Shown here: piece after piece, positions 23,430-34,836 of the stretch
Position numbering within the stretch: position 1 is the first letter of the stretch
Layout: each line of letters opens with the position of its first letter
Source: Monocercomonoides exilis PA203
Taxonomy: Eukaryota; Protista; Preaxostyla
Direction: 5' to 3'
Assembly (NCBI GenBank): GCA_001643675.2
Contig: LSRY02000021.1
Span: 1,240,001-1,304,000, forward strand
Length of the DNA stretch: 64,000 bases
Made by a program: the position numbers and the translations under genes
Notes under the pieces: model-generated
Database searches by the model: none
Seen by the model: the letters and a program-made list of their open reading frames with translations, nothing else
Told to the model about the DNA's origin: nothing

Positions 23430-26400
23430 GAAACGAAATTTTGGTATTTAAGATACCATTAAATAATTTTTTGAGGAAGGATTTCAAAGATCTGAATTCA
23501 AAGAACTCGGTTAACGTGGCATTGATGCAATGATGGAATCTAGGCATTTTTTGTTGTTTCAAAATTGAAGCCAAGCTATCCAAATGCATGAGATTAATGT
23601 TGTCCCAAAAAAACTCATTTGCATAAACTTTTGTCGAAACGAAAAAATCTTGATTCAGAAAAAACATTTTCTGTGATCCAAATAAAGAAATCAAATGAAA
23701 ATCCAGAGGGTGATTGTCTATTGGAAAGACATTGAAACAAATTGAAACATTCAGAAAGTGATTTGCAACAAAGAGAGAAATTGAAAAAGCTGGAAAGTAT
23801 TTGTGTTGTTAATATTGAAGCACCAAACAGAACCAAATTATTGAAGCTTGGAATAAAAAGCTTGAATTGACTCGCTGAATAATTAGTGTGTCAATGAAAA
23901 ACAAAAGTGATTGAGTGAAACTGCATACTTGGTTCAAAATTTCATTTCTTTTTTTTGGGCTGGATACACTTTTGATCATCATTTTTCAATATATCTCCTT
24001 GTTTATTATCTGAATTGAAAAATTACACCACATTTCTTGTTTGACTTGCGGATCATTCAAAAAGTGAGATCTTGCTTTCCTCAAAAATAAAGCCAATCAA
24101 ACTGTGAAGGCTTGCCTTACCGATCTTTCCTTTCAAAAGATTCTTTCTATTCTCCATAATGTTTGCCTGAAGTATTTTCCTCGCATCTTCAATGCCTCTG
24201 AGTCACAATGTTTTGGAATGTAACACATGTTCCAAAAGGTCGACTCAAATGATGACTCGATCAGCGTTATTGTTTGCGGTGAAGATCGCAGAACATAAAC
24301 TGCATTGTGAATGCATTTCCTTTGCAGAGTCTCATAATCAAATGAGTTGCATAACTTCCTTTGTTCTTGGCTCTAACGAATAAATTGAACAGTTATGTGC
24401 AACCTCATATTTTTGAAAAGCATAATCACAAACTGCAATACTCTTATTGTCACCAGTTCTTTATCTCAAAGACGAGAAATTTCTTCCCAACAAAAGCAAA
24501 TGGTAATTTTCACTGTTAAACATTCATCAAACGATTCATTAAAAACAGATCAAACTGGGATTTTTGGCTAATTCAATCATTTACAACTGATAATACAACA
24601 TGTCAATTGTTGAATTGGAGCTGAAATTGTTCTAAAAAGAATATATGTTGAGAGGAACTAACATTTCAAAGAATGAAAAAAACTAAACTTCATTTTGGTT
24701 TTCAAAAGGCGCTCAAATTACAAAAACCAAAGTCTGAACGTTGTGAAGATTGAAGATAACAGCGGAGCGAAAGAAGGAAATTTCACTAATGGATTTCCAA
24801 TCAATTTTCCATCATTTATCAAACATATTAGCAGCTGTGAAGAAATTGGGATTTATTCAATTCCATTCAAATTCGATTGATGATTATTATTTTCTAAATT
24901 AAAGCTTCATGGTTTGTTTGTTCTGAACAAATCTGTTATTATCATCATTGAATCGCTTCAGAAAAGCAACAGCTTCCAATGGATTTCTGAGAGATAATGA
25001 AATCTCTCACTTGCACTTTTCGTCTTCCTTTCTCTTTGTTTGTGGTCGATGTTTGCTGTTCTCTTCATATCTTCTTCCACTGAACAGAAATCCTCATCTT
25101 TTGAAGGGAAAATCATGAAAGATGAATCCTCTTTTACGGATTTTTGAACATTTTTCATTTGCCATGAATTCAATAACAAAGCATATAAGGAAATATGTTG
25201 GCAAAAAGGCAGTCAGTTAAAGTGTCATATGATCTTCTGAAAGAAAGAAATAAAAATGAAAATAAAATTCAAATCCAAGATCAAATATCTTCACAAAAAG
25301 TGCTTTTCACACATGTTCGGTCTTTCTTTCAAAATCCGTCAAAATACACAAACAAATATCTATCAGTTATGGTTTGATTTTGCCTCATTTCAGCAGCTCG
25401 TTTGAAGGATTTGCAAAGAGTTCGCATTTGAAAGTTCTCATTCATCGGCGCTCTCAAAATAGCACACATTGCACATCACATTAAAAAATACATCATCAAG
25501 AACATTTCTCACAGTTTTCAACAGAACTGAAACGACGCATCAATTTTGTTCGTTCATCGATTATGAGAGCACCTTTTTTATTTTTTCATCGCTTCTGAAA
25601 TGCCGTCTTCATATTTGCTGTCTCATTTCCTCCATCTCTTCACTTCTTTTCTTTTCTCTCCTTCTTCCAAATCCACGCTTCCTTTATTTTTCTCAACCAA
25701 TCTCAAACATTCATTTCATTAGCCAACAATCTTTTCAGAGAACACAATCCGACTGATGAGCTTCAATTCAAACTGGAAAAAATCACTTTCATTCAATCAA
25801 TAACGAATCGTTTCGCCTTTTGCAACACTTGTTTTCCTCCAGATTGTTTTTTCTGCTTTCTGCATTTGATCATTCTGGCTCTCAAATACTCTGAGCAAAG
25901 AAGCATTGCACAAATTTTCAGTTGAATGAATAATTGCTGATCCACATGAGGCACATGTTTGGAAAGTCAACTTCCATTATTTGTTTGATCCTTATCAAAA
26001 CGTCACCCGAGGCGAATGAGATATGCTTTTCACCATTCTGAAGAAGCATGAAAGCAACAAACATTTCTGTTTCAAAATTCAATCATAGCTCTCTTTCTTT
26101 ATCTCCGTGCACAAAAACCTGAACCGTCAAAGCACAATTTGAACATTGAAAAGAAAGGAAAGCTTTATTTCAGATTTCATCCTTTTCCTTGTTGAATGAA
26201 TCCAGTCACACCAAACCATGATTGCGAAGATGCCCAATCAACAAAAGAAGATGTTTTCAGTTTTATTAAAACAGGACAAACTTCAGCTGCTCACATTTGG
26301 CAGTTTCAATATTTTTCAAATTCAACACTTTCATAATGAGACATGATCAAAACAGGAAAACATATTCTTGAAATGCAAATATTAATGAGTATTAAAAAAT

Positions 26401-26560
26401 ACCTCGAATTGAACTCATATGAGGAATTCACAGAACTTCTGATGTATTCCATAAGTAAGTGCATTTTCTCTAATTCATTTATTCGGCTACCAAGTTCTTT
26501 CAACTTTTCTTCTTCAACAACTTTTTTGGAGATGTGGTTCTAATGCATGTGAAATTCTGT
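23430..26560 (-). pseudogene. Probable decayed coding sequence
   Basis: About 3 kb of coding-like composition with only short broken ORFs and none of the very AT-rich introns seen in intact genes. Confidence 0.35.
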
Positions 26561-26976
26561 TGATAACGTTTTCTTGAACCAACAAAACTAATTTATGAAA
26601 CATCTGAAGATATTCACAAACAAAATTTGTCTTCTGGTTTTTGGAATGTTTTTAATCCTTGATAACTAAGATTCATTCGAAATGTTCTTTGAACGGAATT
26701 CTATTATTTATTTGTTAATTCACAGATACAGATTCGTGCAGAAGGAATTGATTGGAATTTGTTCATTTGTATCATTGATGAATTGGTAATTTCACAATTA
26801 ATCCAATTCCAGTCGAATAATTATCTATCTTTTTCTTTGATTACAACTGCTCATGATCTAATTGGACTGAGATTGTCAAATTATCTATTTGAAAGAGAAA
26901 AACTTTTTATTGAAACAAACCATAATTAAGATTATTCTTTCAGAACCATAATAAAATTATTGATTCTCAACATTCT

Positions 26977-29900
26977 ATGAATCTGCTCATTCTGCGGTGC
27001 CTCGCGTTTTATTTGTTGGTTTCTGGAAACAACATTGATGGAATTGAATTATGTTTTCATTCAACAACAATTTTGAGTTCAGATAATCAAGGATTATCAT
27101 TTGAGCAGACAAACAAAGAAAAGAGCATGCAAGGTGAAGTGGAAAATGATCATTCATTTTTTGTTGTTCGAAACTCAACAATTTGCGTGTCTGCACTTTC
27201 ATATTTCATGGACATGGAGAAACATTTTGCATCAGTTGATTCACATTCGAGACTGGATATTTCCATCTGTTCGTTTTCAGTCCATCCACAATCAAAAAAT
27301 CTGCTTGACTGTTCTGCAGGCCGAATATGTCTCAAAAATATTTCATTCAATTTTGTGGTTCATGATCGCCAATTATCGTCTTTGATTGCACATCATTCAA
27401 AGAAAGTTCTTCCTCATTGTGGTGAATTGTGCTTGTCTTCTTCAAGGATTTCGTCATTTGAAGTTCGTGGAAATGAGCCATTTCTTTCTTCAAGTTGTCT
27501 TTCATCAATATCTGTATCGGATTCTTTGTTCGAAAATATCACTTTGCCAAAATCAATGAAAAAGTGGGACAATGGAAATGGATGCTCTGAGAGAGTTCTG
27601 GTGGAAAGAACGGAGATGATTGGTTGTGAAAGTCCATATTCTGGAGGCATTCTTTCGCCTGCGATGATCTCTTTTCGAAGTGGAAATTGTTCGTTTTTGA
27701 AATGCTTCACAACTTATAACAAAAGACAAATTTTCACAGAAGGAGAAAATGTGTTCAATGATGGCACATTCAATGTTCAGAGTGATGAAACGGGTGGTGC
27801 TCTGCAAGCAGAGGTTAATGCATCAATCATATTACATCGTTGCTCATTCTTGGAATGCTCTTCAAAAATCAGTTGTGGTGCAGTTGCAATGTATAATTCA
27901 AATGGAATATTTGTTTCTGAAAATTGTTATGTGCGTGGATGCTCATCCCTAAAAGAAACAGGAGGATACAAATGTGGAGATATTGATTCTGGAGTGATAA
28001 ATGTGACTTCGATGATCAATTGTTCTTCAAACAGCAAAACATGTTTTTATTGGGCTGCATGCAATAAGAATCCATGCATCGTTGTTTCATGTGTTTTCGA
28101 CAATGCAAGCTCAGAAGCATATTCAGCAGTTACTCACATCTGGCACGTTAGCACATTTATATTGATTTCAAATTGTTCGATGCAGAATTGCAAAAGTGGG
28201 AATTATGCTCCTTGTATATTGTTTGCTTTTGTTGAGGAATTTAATAAACCATCAATAAATATCAAACATTGTCTTTTCCATAACAATACAGCAAAAAACA
28301 ATGCTTACGGACATGATATTCACATGTGTAATTATCAACAGTGGACGAAGATTGATGAAAACAACATAACTGATTGTTATTCTTCAAGTGCTTCTCCAAG
28401 AATCACAAGATGCAATGACGGAACATATGAATGTTCGAGCAAATCAGATCTGAGTTCATGGCTGAGAAACAATGAGAACAATTATCAAATAACAGCCGAT
28501 TATTCAGTTGGCATTGATCATGAGCAGTGTGGTTTTGCCCCTTTCTGTCGCTCTATCAAATATTCGCTCGGAAGATCAACAAGAAATTCGAACAAAACTC
28601 TGATCCTACGACCAAGTGTGTTCAAAGAAGAACAAATATCAATTTCATCCAGTGAATTCAGCGTTTGTGGATTGTCAAAGAATGAATGTGTTGTGCAATC
28701 AGCATCATCGTCATTGCCTGTCATTAATGTTGCATCTGGAACCTTTTGTGTTCAGAAAGTGACGATGCTCCAAGGGAATGCAGAGAGCGGGACAAGCAAG
28801 CCATTTGTGGTGATGGATGGTGATGGATCATTGACAATGGAGGAATGCGAAATATCATCAGTTGACAGTTCATTGCATCTTGAAGTGTCTTTCATGCAGA
28901 TATTTGGAGGAAATGTGGAATTGTCAGGAGTTGGAATTTCTGGCATGAATTTCATTTCTGACAGTTTGATTTCATTCAATGTGAATCAGTCTGGATCAGT
29001 GTTGCATGTGGTGAACACAAACTTCACATCGATTCAAAGGGAATCAGGAAGTGGAGGAATAATTGAGAGAAATGATGCATCCACGGGGAGTGTTGTTGTT
29101 GAAAACTGCCATTTTGAGAATGTGTCAGCAGGAAAAGATGGTGGTGGTCTGGGGATGAGAGGAGAATGGAAAGGAGAGTTGATTGTGAATGGAACAACAA
29201 TGTTTGAGGGATGTTGTGCAGGAAGTCTTGAGGAAAAGGGGAGAGGAGGAGGGTTGTTCATAAATGTTGATTCGATTGAATCGGATTTCACTATTTATGA
29301 ATCTGTGATATTTTCTGAAGAAAACCCAAACAGAGCTTTTCATGGAAGTGATGTGTTTGTTCAGTGTGGAAGCGGGCTTTTGTTGGAAGAGATAATTGAT
29401 CAAACATCCTTTGGATTCTTCAAAGATGGAAACTGCATGAATAATGAAGAGAAGTTGTGTGGATGCGAGGATGGGACATCGTTGCCAGTTATTCCACTGT
29501 GTGTGTATTTGTGTGATTTTGAATCTCCCATATCAGTTGACGAAAGGAGTGGTGCAGATCATTCGCATTGTGGATATTCCGTTTTCTGCTGTTCAACAAT
29601 CGACTTCTGTGTTCGTGAGCGAGTGAATGAGCTTGTGAATGCGATGGAAGTGATATCATCAGCATCGATCAAGAATCCGTTTGTTGTGCCGTTGTTTCAA
29701 ACATCTCAAATATCAATTTCTTCTTCATCTGCATCATCTTCTTCGAGCCAATATCCCTTGGTGAATGTTGGCTTGACTGACAATATCTCCACTGACTGCC
29801 ACAATGTTATTCAGTGCTCTGGCAGCTTTTCTCTGTCTTTTCTCTCTTTTGCTCTTCCTCGTGTTCTTCATTCCTCGATATCTTCGATTATTCAGTCATC

Positions 29901-32900
29901 AATCTTTCTCTCTTTGAGCAATATTTCGATTGTATTTTCAGCTGACACTCTTGCGAGCTCTGTGGCATTTTCATTGATTCATGTGAGTGGAGGTGAATTG
30001 GAGCTCACAGGATTGGTTGTTTCTGAGGATATCACTTTCGCTGCGCTTCCGCCAATCAATGTGAACGGAGAATCACGAGTGGCAGTTGAGGGATGCACAT
30101 TGACAGAGATGGCAAACGAGGGAGGAAGTGGAGGATGCGTGAAAGTGGAAACGAGTGGGGGAGGAACCATATCGATCAAGAACACGAACATATCATCAAA
30201 GTGCAAAAACGAAGAAGGACTGAGAGGAGGAGGGATGATGATATTAATTGGAAGTGGAGGGAGTTTGGAAATGAAAAATGTGAATTTGTCTGGATGTGAA
30301 GTTCCATCAGAGGATGTTGAGAATGGAGGAAAGGGAATGGGAGGAGGAATGTTTGTTGCATTGCCAGAGGAAATAGAGAAATTTGTGATGGAAGGAATGA
30401 CATTTGAGGGATGCAATGCCTGGAAAGGGAAGAATATGTTTGTTTCAGGATGGGATCTGAGAGAAGTTGTGAACAAGGATCATTTCAAATGGGAGATGAG
30501 TTCAGAGGAGTTGGAATCACTGGATGAGTTGTGTGGATGGGAAGGGATGACAACAGGAGAAGAATATGAGATCCCGCTTGTTGTGTATTTGTGGTCAAAT
30601 TGGAGTGGGAAAGGGTTTGTTTCGAAAGAGAAAGGAGGAGGCTTCAGTGGATGTGGATATTCAGAAGCGCCATGCTCCTCGATCGACCACATGATCAAAA
30701 TGCGATTCTCTCCAGTTGCTTTGGAGAAATCGATCATCAAAGTGGAAGGATCGGCTTCGCTCAAACATTCAGTATCCTTGCTGCCTTCCAAACCGTCTGA
30801 TGAGAGCCGGCCTTTGATTTCAGTTGAAGGAGGTGATGAGGCTGTGCACTTGTTCGTTTCTGGTGATGGAGATTCCTCGGATGATGGCTCGCTGATCTCC
30901 AACTCGGTGAATGCTTCCTTTTCAAACCTAATAATCGATCTTCCGAGCAGATATGAGTTCCACAAATCATTCATCCGCTCTGTGTATTCGGTGTCTTTCT
31001 CTCTTTGCAGGTTCATTCCATCTGACACCTTGTCTCCTTCTTCTTCTTCCTTGTGTGTGCTTGACATTGCGGAAGGGGATGTCTCCCTGGAGCACTGTGC
31101 ACTTGTGACTTTGTCTCTGGCAAATCCTTTTCTGCGACTGTCAGCCAATTTCCATTCAGCGCACATGCGCAACACATCGTTCATCAATTCGTCTGTTTCT
31201 TCTGACAGTTTCATATCAGTTTTCCCCACTGGACTCCATTCAAATCAGTTGGCTTCAGGAGATTCACCTGATTTGCCAGTGGATTGCCCATCAATGAACA
31301 TGTCGTCTGTCACAGTCGAGAATGTGTCGAGAACTGAGGAAGGATCAGTGTTTTTGGGTGTGGATGAGTTTGCTGGATTGAAGTGTGGAATGGAGAACTG
31401 CACATTCTGGAACTGCCTCAGCCGGCAAAGCAACAGAGGAGGAGGGCTGATGATGCACATGAAGAATGAGGAGTCGAGCCTGGGAGTGAAAAACTGCACA
31501 TTTGTGTTGTGTGCTTGTTCTGAGAGCACAGGGAGAGGAGGCGGGATGATGCTGGACTTTTGCGATCCAGATGCTCCTTTTCAAACCCCTTCCAAACCGC
31601 TTCTTCTTCACATTGCGAGTGTTCAATTCATGATGAACAGTGCATTCATGGGGAAGGATGTGTTTATCAACTGCCATTCGATCGACGGGCAGATCAACGA
31701 AACACTTTTCGCTCTTGACTTTTCGCAGCCCTCGCTGCGCATGAACACATCGATCTGTGGGAGCGACTTGACACATTCAGACATCGATCTCATCCCGCTG
31801 ATCACATTTCTGTACACGCCGCAGGTGTTTGTGTCGATGGAGTCTGAAGACAGCAACCAGTGTGGGAAGCAGGACAATCCTTGTCGAAGCGTGTCACACG
31901 GAGTGAGGCATGTGCAGGCTGGGCTGTTCAATGCGATATGTGTTGACTCATCGAGTGTGGTGGCTGAGCCGACAGTCGTCAGCGATCTCACGCTGAAGTC
32001 GATCACCAAACACCAATCAGCAATTCATTTCAATTCATCGATTGAAGAGGAGTCTGAGGGATCGTGGATCATGTTGTTTGAAAACGAGTGTTTGGTCGAA
32101 GACTGCTTGTTTTCGTTTGACGAGCATTTCTCGGCAGAGCACACAGCGATTATGAAGCAATTGAATGGATCGTTGGCATTTTCAGGCTGCACTCTGCAGT
32201 CATCATCTGTTGAGTCCACTCTCAATTCGAGTGTTATTGTGGTTGAAGGAGGAGTGTTTGAGATGGAGAAGAGCTCGATATGTGTGATGGGCACAGCTCA
32301 GCCATTGTTCCTCTTCAAGAGTGGGTCAGCTGCCACTCTGAACCAGATCGAGATATCCACAATAAAAACAACTGCGACTGCAATGATTGTTGAGTCGAGT
32401 GCATCAGTGAACATCATGCAGCTGGCTGCATCTGATGTTGTTCTTTGTGGGGAAAACTTTATTTCTCTGGCAAAGGGGAAGAATCAGCATGTGAGTGAGA
32501 AAGATGCTGGAGAAAGGGTTGTTCTGCAGATGGGCATATCATCGTTCTCAAACATCACCAGCAGCAACAGCAGCAGCAGCAATTCCCATGTGGTTGAGTC
32601 GGCGTGTGAAAAAACAAGAAGCCAATTGTTGAATTGTTCGTTTGAAAGATGCTTCACACCTTCAGAGAAAGGGAGCTTGGTGGAAATATCATCTGGGACA
32701 GCTCTATCTCTGCAATTGTGCAAACTGATTGGATGTGAGGATGAGCATCAGAGCGAAAAGAATGGAGCAGATGAGGATGTGTGCAAATGGACTGGATCGC
32801 TTGTTGATGTGTGTGAAGGGTTGCTGGAGATGAAGGACACATCGATCACGAGCTCTTCAAAAGGCGGGCTGTCGATCAGTGGTGGAAGTGCTGTTATCGA

Positions 32901-34836
32901 AAGCTGCTTGTTTGAGAATAACAGCAAAAGCATCGAAAGATACAGGTCTGCAAGAAGAAATGTATTCTGCACAGGCAGCGGAACACTCAATGTTGTTGAT
33001 TTGAAAGGAGGAGATGGATGGGAAAGAAATACTTCACTTTGGATTTTGAATGAAGGATGCAAGCTGTTGGGGATTGCTGCTGAAAGATCATCCGAGTTCT
33101 TCATTCCAACGCTGAAGTCAGTTGAAACAACTCAAAAAGAAGATACAGCTGAACTGACTTTCAGAGGGACGCTTCTTCTGCCATGCAATCTGGGATTCCA
33201 GATTGTGTCAAAAATAAACAATGTCAGCTCAATCGAGACTCACGCTTTTGCGGAAGATGAGTTTGTTTCTGAGGAAGAAGTCCAGGGCAAGATAGGTTCG
33301 TCTTTGGTAAGCTCTGCTCCAACAGAAGCAGAAGTGGCTGTGCGCATATTGTTTGGAAATGTTTCTAATCCATCTACCACAGAATCTTTTGTTCTGAAGA
33401 ACAAAAGTGAATCTGAACCAAAAGGAGATGAAAAGATTGTTGAAGGAGGAAAGAAAGAAAAATCTATATGGCCGATTATTGTTATTGTGCTTGTGGTTAT
33501 ATTGTTGATTGTTCTTATCATTGCAGTTGCATTTATTGTTCGATGGAGAAAAGTCAAGAATGAAGCGAAAGATCTGAGGGAGATTGTGAATGATACAGTG
33601 AGAAAAGATCCGAAATTGATTGAGATGGTGACAATGGAAATGTCGCCTGAAGAGCAGTGGAGGAGAGCAGAGAGGGAGGCAGAGAAGAAGAACGAAGAGA
33701 GGATGAAGAAGAGGGTGTATGAGAAAAGTTTGGGACACTCGGAGTCATCTGAGCATTTGTTGAGTGAAAGTGACTCGACTGAATACATTCTTGGGAGAGA
33801 TTCAGACAAGATTCCTGAATGGATGTTGGAGAAGGTGGATGAGAAAGAAGAGGAGGAGGAAGAGACCAGAAAGCGAACACCATCACCATCCATTTCATCG
33901 ACTTCAACCACAGACACTTCAGACACTGAATCCACTTTTGTTCGGGGAGAGGATCTGTGTCCAACCACCTCATCGATGTCGAATCTTGTGGATGCGATGG
34001 CCTGTTCATCGCCTCACGAAAAGCTGATTGTTGACTTGAGGGATTCACTGTTCATGCTACTGCATGGAAAGAATAAGACAAAGGAGATGGCAATTGGAAC
34101 TCTGCGGGAGAGGGAGCAGACAGCTGCTCAGATCCTGTTCTGGGTGGCAAATCTTGCGCTCCACTCCTTCGACGAAATGAACAACCCTCTTCAATCGTTG
34201 GCCAATCTGAGTCCGCACATTGTGCTGTTCTCGGAACACATGGTCATCTGCATTGCGCTCCACTCCGACTGCTCCTCTTCGTCAGATGATTCCGACACTT
34301 CGTCCATCTCATCAACCACAACTATTGCCACCTCTTCCTCTGATTGCTCGTGTGCGAATGGGAACGGCAGAGGATCGCCTCCGCCCTCATCGGCGTTTGA
34401 GGACGATGACGACAACAGGAAGGAGTGCATGCGATGGAAGGCGCCGGAGCTGCTGAGCGGCGCAAAGGGGCACGCAACAAAGAAGACGGTGGTGTTTTCG
34501 ATCGGGATGATGGTGTGGGAGTGCCTGACGCTGCAGATCCCGTTTGGGGAATACGAAGCAGAAGCTGCCGGGCAGAAGATTGCGAACGGGGAGAGGCCAA
34601 CACTGTGCAGCTGCGAGGGCATTTCGCTCGGCCAGACAGCATGCGCCGCAATGTCGCAGCAGCCCCACAGCAGGCCCACGCTCCAGGAGCTCAAGAAAGC
34701 GTTCATCGCGCTGTTTCCGCCTGCCTCTGCCATGCTCACAGCCTCTGACGCAATCGACCTCGTCGATGCCACAGGCATCCCGCCTCCCTCCGCTTTGCCG
34801 GCTTCCGCTGTCTCAGAGACGCTCACCTCGTTTTGA
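26977..34836 (+). CDS. Intronless 2619-aa surface receptor-like protein: signal peptide, Cys/Gly-rich beta-helix-like ectodomain, TM helix, degenerate kinase C-lobe
   Basis: GGA/GGG plus FxxC repeats; recurring CG-x4-(P/C)C-x-(S/T) motifs; TM IWPIIVIVLVVILLIVLIIAVAFIV; RWKAPELL...VFSIGMMVWECLTLQIPF...RP. Confidence 0.9.
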   Translation: MNLLILRCLAFYLLVSGNNIDGIELCFHSTTILSSDNQGLSFEQTNKEKSMQGEVENDHSFFVVRNSTICVSALSYFMDMEKHFASVDSHSRLDISICSFSVHPQSKNLLDCSAGRICLKNISFNFVVHDRQLSSLIAHHSKKVLPHCGELCLSSSRISSFEVRGNEPFLSSSCLSSISVSDSLFENITLPKSMKKWDNGNGCSERVLVERTEMIGCESPYSGGILSPAMISFRSGNCSFLKCFTTYNKRQIFTEGENVFNDGTFNVQSDETGGALQAEVNASIILHRCSFLECSSKISCGAVAMYNSNGIFVSENCYVRGCSSLKETGGYKCGDIDSGVINVTSMINCSSNSKTCFYWAACNKNPCIVVSCVFDNASSEAYSAVTHIWHVSTFILISNCSMQNCKSGNYAPCILFAFVEEFNKPSINIKHCLFHNNTAKNNAYGHDIHMCNYQQWTKIDENNITDCYSSSASPRITRCNDGTYECSSKSDLSSWLRNNENNYQITADYSVGIDHEQCGFAPFCRSIKYSLGRSTRNSNKTLILRPSVFKEEQISISSSEFSVCGLSKNECVVQSASSSLPVINVASGTFCVQKVTMLQGNAESGTSKPFVVMDGDGSLTMEECEISSVDSSLHLEVSFMQIFGGNVELSGVGISGMNFISDSLISFNVNQSGSVLHVVNTNFTSIQRESGSGGIIERNDASTGSVVVENCHFENVSAGKDGGGLGMRGEWKGELIVNGTTMFEGCCAGSLEEKGRGGGLFINVDSIESDFTIYESVIFSEENPNRAFHGSDVFVQCGSGLLLEEIIDQTSFGFFKDGNCMNNEEKLCGCEDGTSLPVIPLCVYLCDFESPISVDERSGADHSHCGYSVFCCSTIDFCVRERVNELVNAMEVISSASIKNPFVVPLFQTSQISISSSSASSSSSQYPLVNVGLTDNISTDCHNVIQCSGSFSLSFLSFALPRVLHSSISSIIQSSIFLSLSNISIVFSADTLASSVAFSLIHVSGGELELTGLVVSEDITFAALPPINVNGESRVAVEGCTLTEMANEGGSGGCVKVETSGGGTISIKNTNISSKCKNEEGLRGGGMMILIGSGGSLEMKNVNLSGCEVPSEDVENGGKGMGGGMFVALPEEIEKFVMEGMTFEGCNAWKGKNMFVSGWDLREVVNKDHFKWEMSSEELESLDELCGWEGMTTGEEYEIPLVVYLWSNWSGKGFVSKEKGGGFSGCGYSEAPCSSIDHMIKMRFSPVALEKSIIKVEGSASLKHSVSLLPSKPSDESRPLISVEGGDEAVHLFVSGDGDSSDDGSLISNSVNASFSNLIIDLPSRYEFHKSFIRSVYSVSFSLCRFIPSDTLSPSSSSLCVLDIAEGDVSLEHCALVTLSLANPFLRLSANFHSAHMRNTSFINSSVSSDSFISVFPTGLHSNQLASGDSPDLPVDCPSMNMSSVTVENVSRTEEGSVFLGVDEFAGLKCGMENCTFWNCLSRQSNRGGGLMMHMKNEESSLGVKNCTFVLCACSESTGRGGGMMLDFCDPDAPFQTPSKPLLLHIASVQFMMNSAFMGKDVFINCHSIDGQINETLFALDFSQPSLRMNTSICGSDLTHSDIDLIPLITFLYTPQVFVSMESEDSNQCGKQDNPCRSVSHGVRHVQAGLFNAICVDSSSVVAEPTVVSDLTLKSITKHQSAIHFNSSIEEESEGSWIMLFENECLVEDCLFSFDEHFSAEHTAIMKQLNGSLAFSGCTLQSSSVESTLNSSVIVVEGGVFEMEKSSICVMGTAQPLFLFKSGSAATLNQIEISTIKTTATAMIVESSASVNIMQLAASDVVLCGENFISLAKGKNQHVSEKDAGERVVLQMGISSFSNITSSNSSSSNSHVVESACEKTRSQLLNCSFERCFTPSEKGSLVEISSGTALSLQLCKLIGCEDEHQSEKNGADEDVCKWTGSLVDVCEGLLEMKDTSITSSSKGGLSISGGSAVIESCLFENNSKSIERYRSARRNVFCTGSGTLNVVDLKGGDGWERNTSLWILNEGCKLLGIAAERSSEFFIPTLKSVETTQKEDTAELTFRGTLLLPCNLGFQIVSKINNVSSIETHAFAEDEFVSEEEVQGKIGSSLVSSAPTEAEVAVRILFGNVSNPSTTESFVLKNKSESEPKGDEKIVEGGKKEKSIWPIIVIVLVVILLIVLIIAVAFIVRWRKVKNEAKDLREIVNDTVRKDPKLIEMVTMEMSPEEQWRRAEREAEKKNEERMKKRVYEKSLGHSESSEHLLSESDSTEYILGRDSDKIPEWMLEKVDEKEEEEEETRKRTPSPSISSTSTTDTSDTESTFVRGEDLCPTTSSMSNLVDAMACSSPHEKLIVDLRDSLFMLLHGKNKTKEMAIGTLREREQTAAQILFWVANLALHSFDEMNNPLQSLANLSPHIVLFSEHMVICIALHSDCSSSSDDSDTSSISSTTTIATSSSDCSCANGNGRGSPPPSSAFEDDDDNRKECMRWKAPELLSGAKGHATKKTVVFSIGMMVWECLTLQIPFGEYEAEAAGQKIANGERPTLCSCEGISLGQTACAAMSQQPHSRPTLQELKKAFIALFPPASAMLTASDAIDLVDATGIPPPSALPASAVSETLTSF

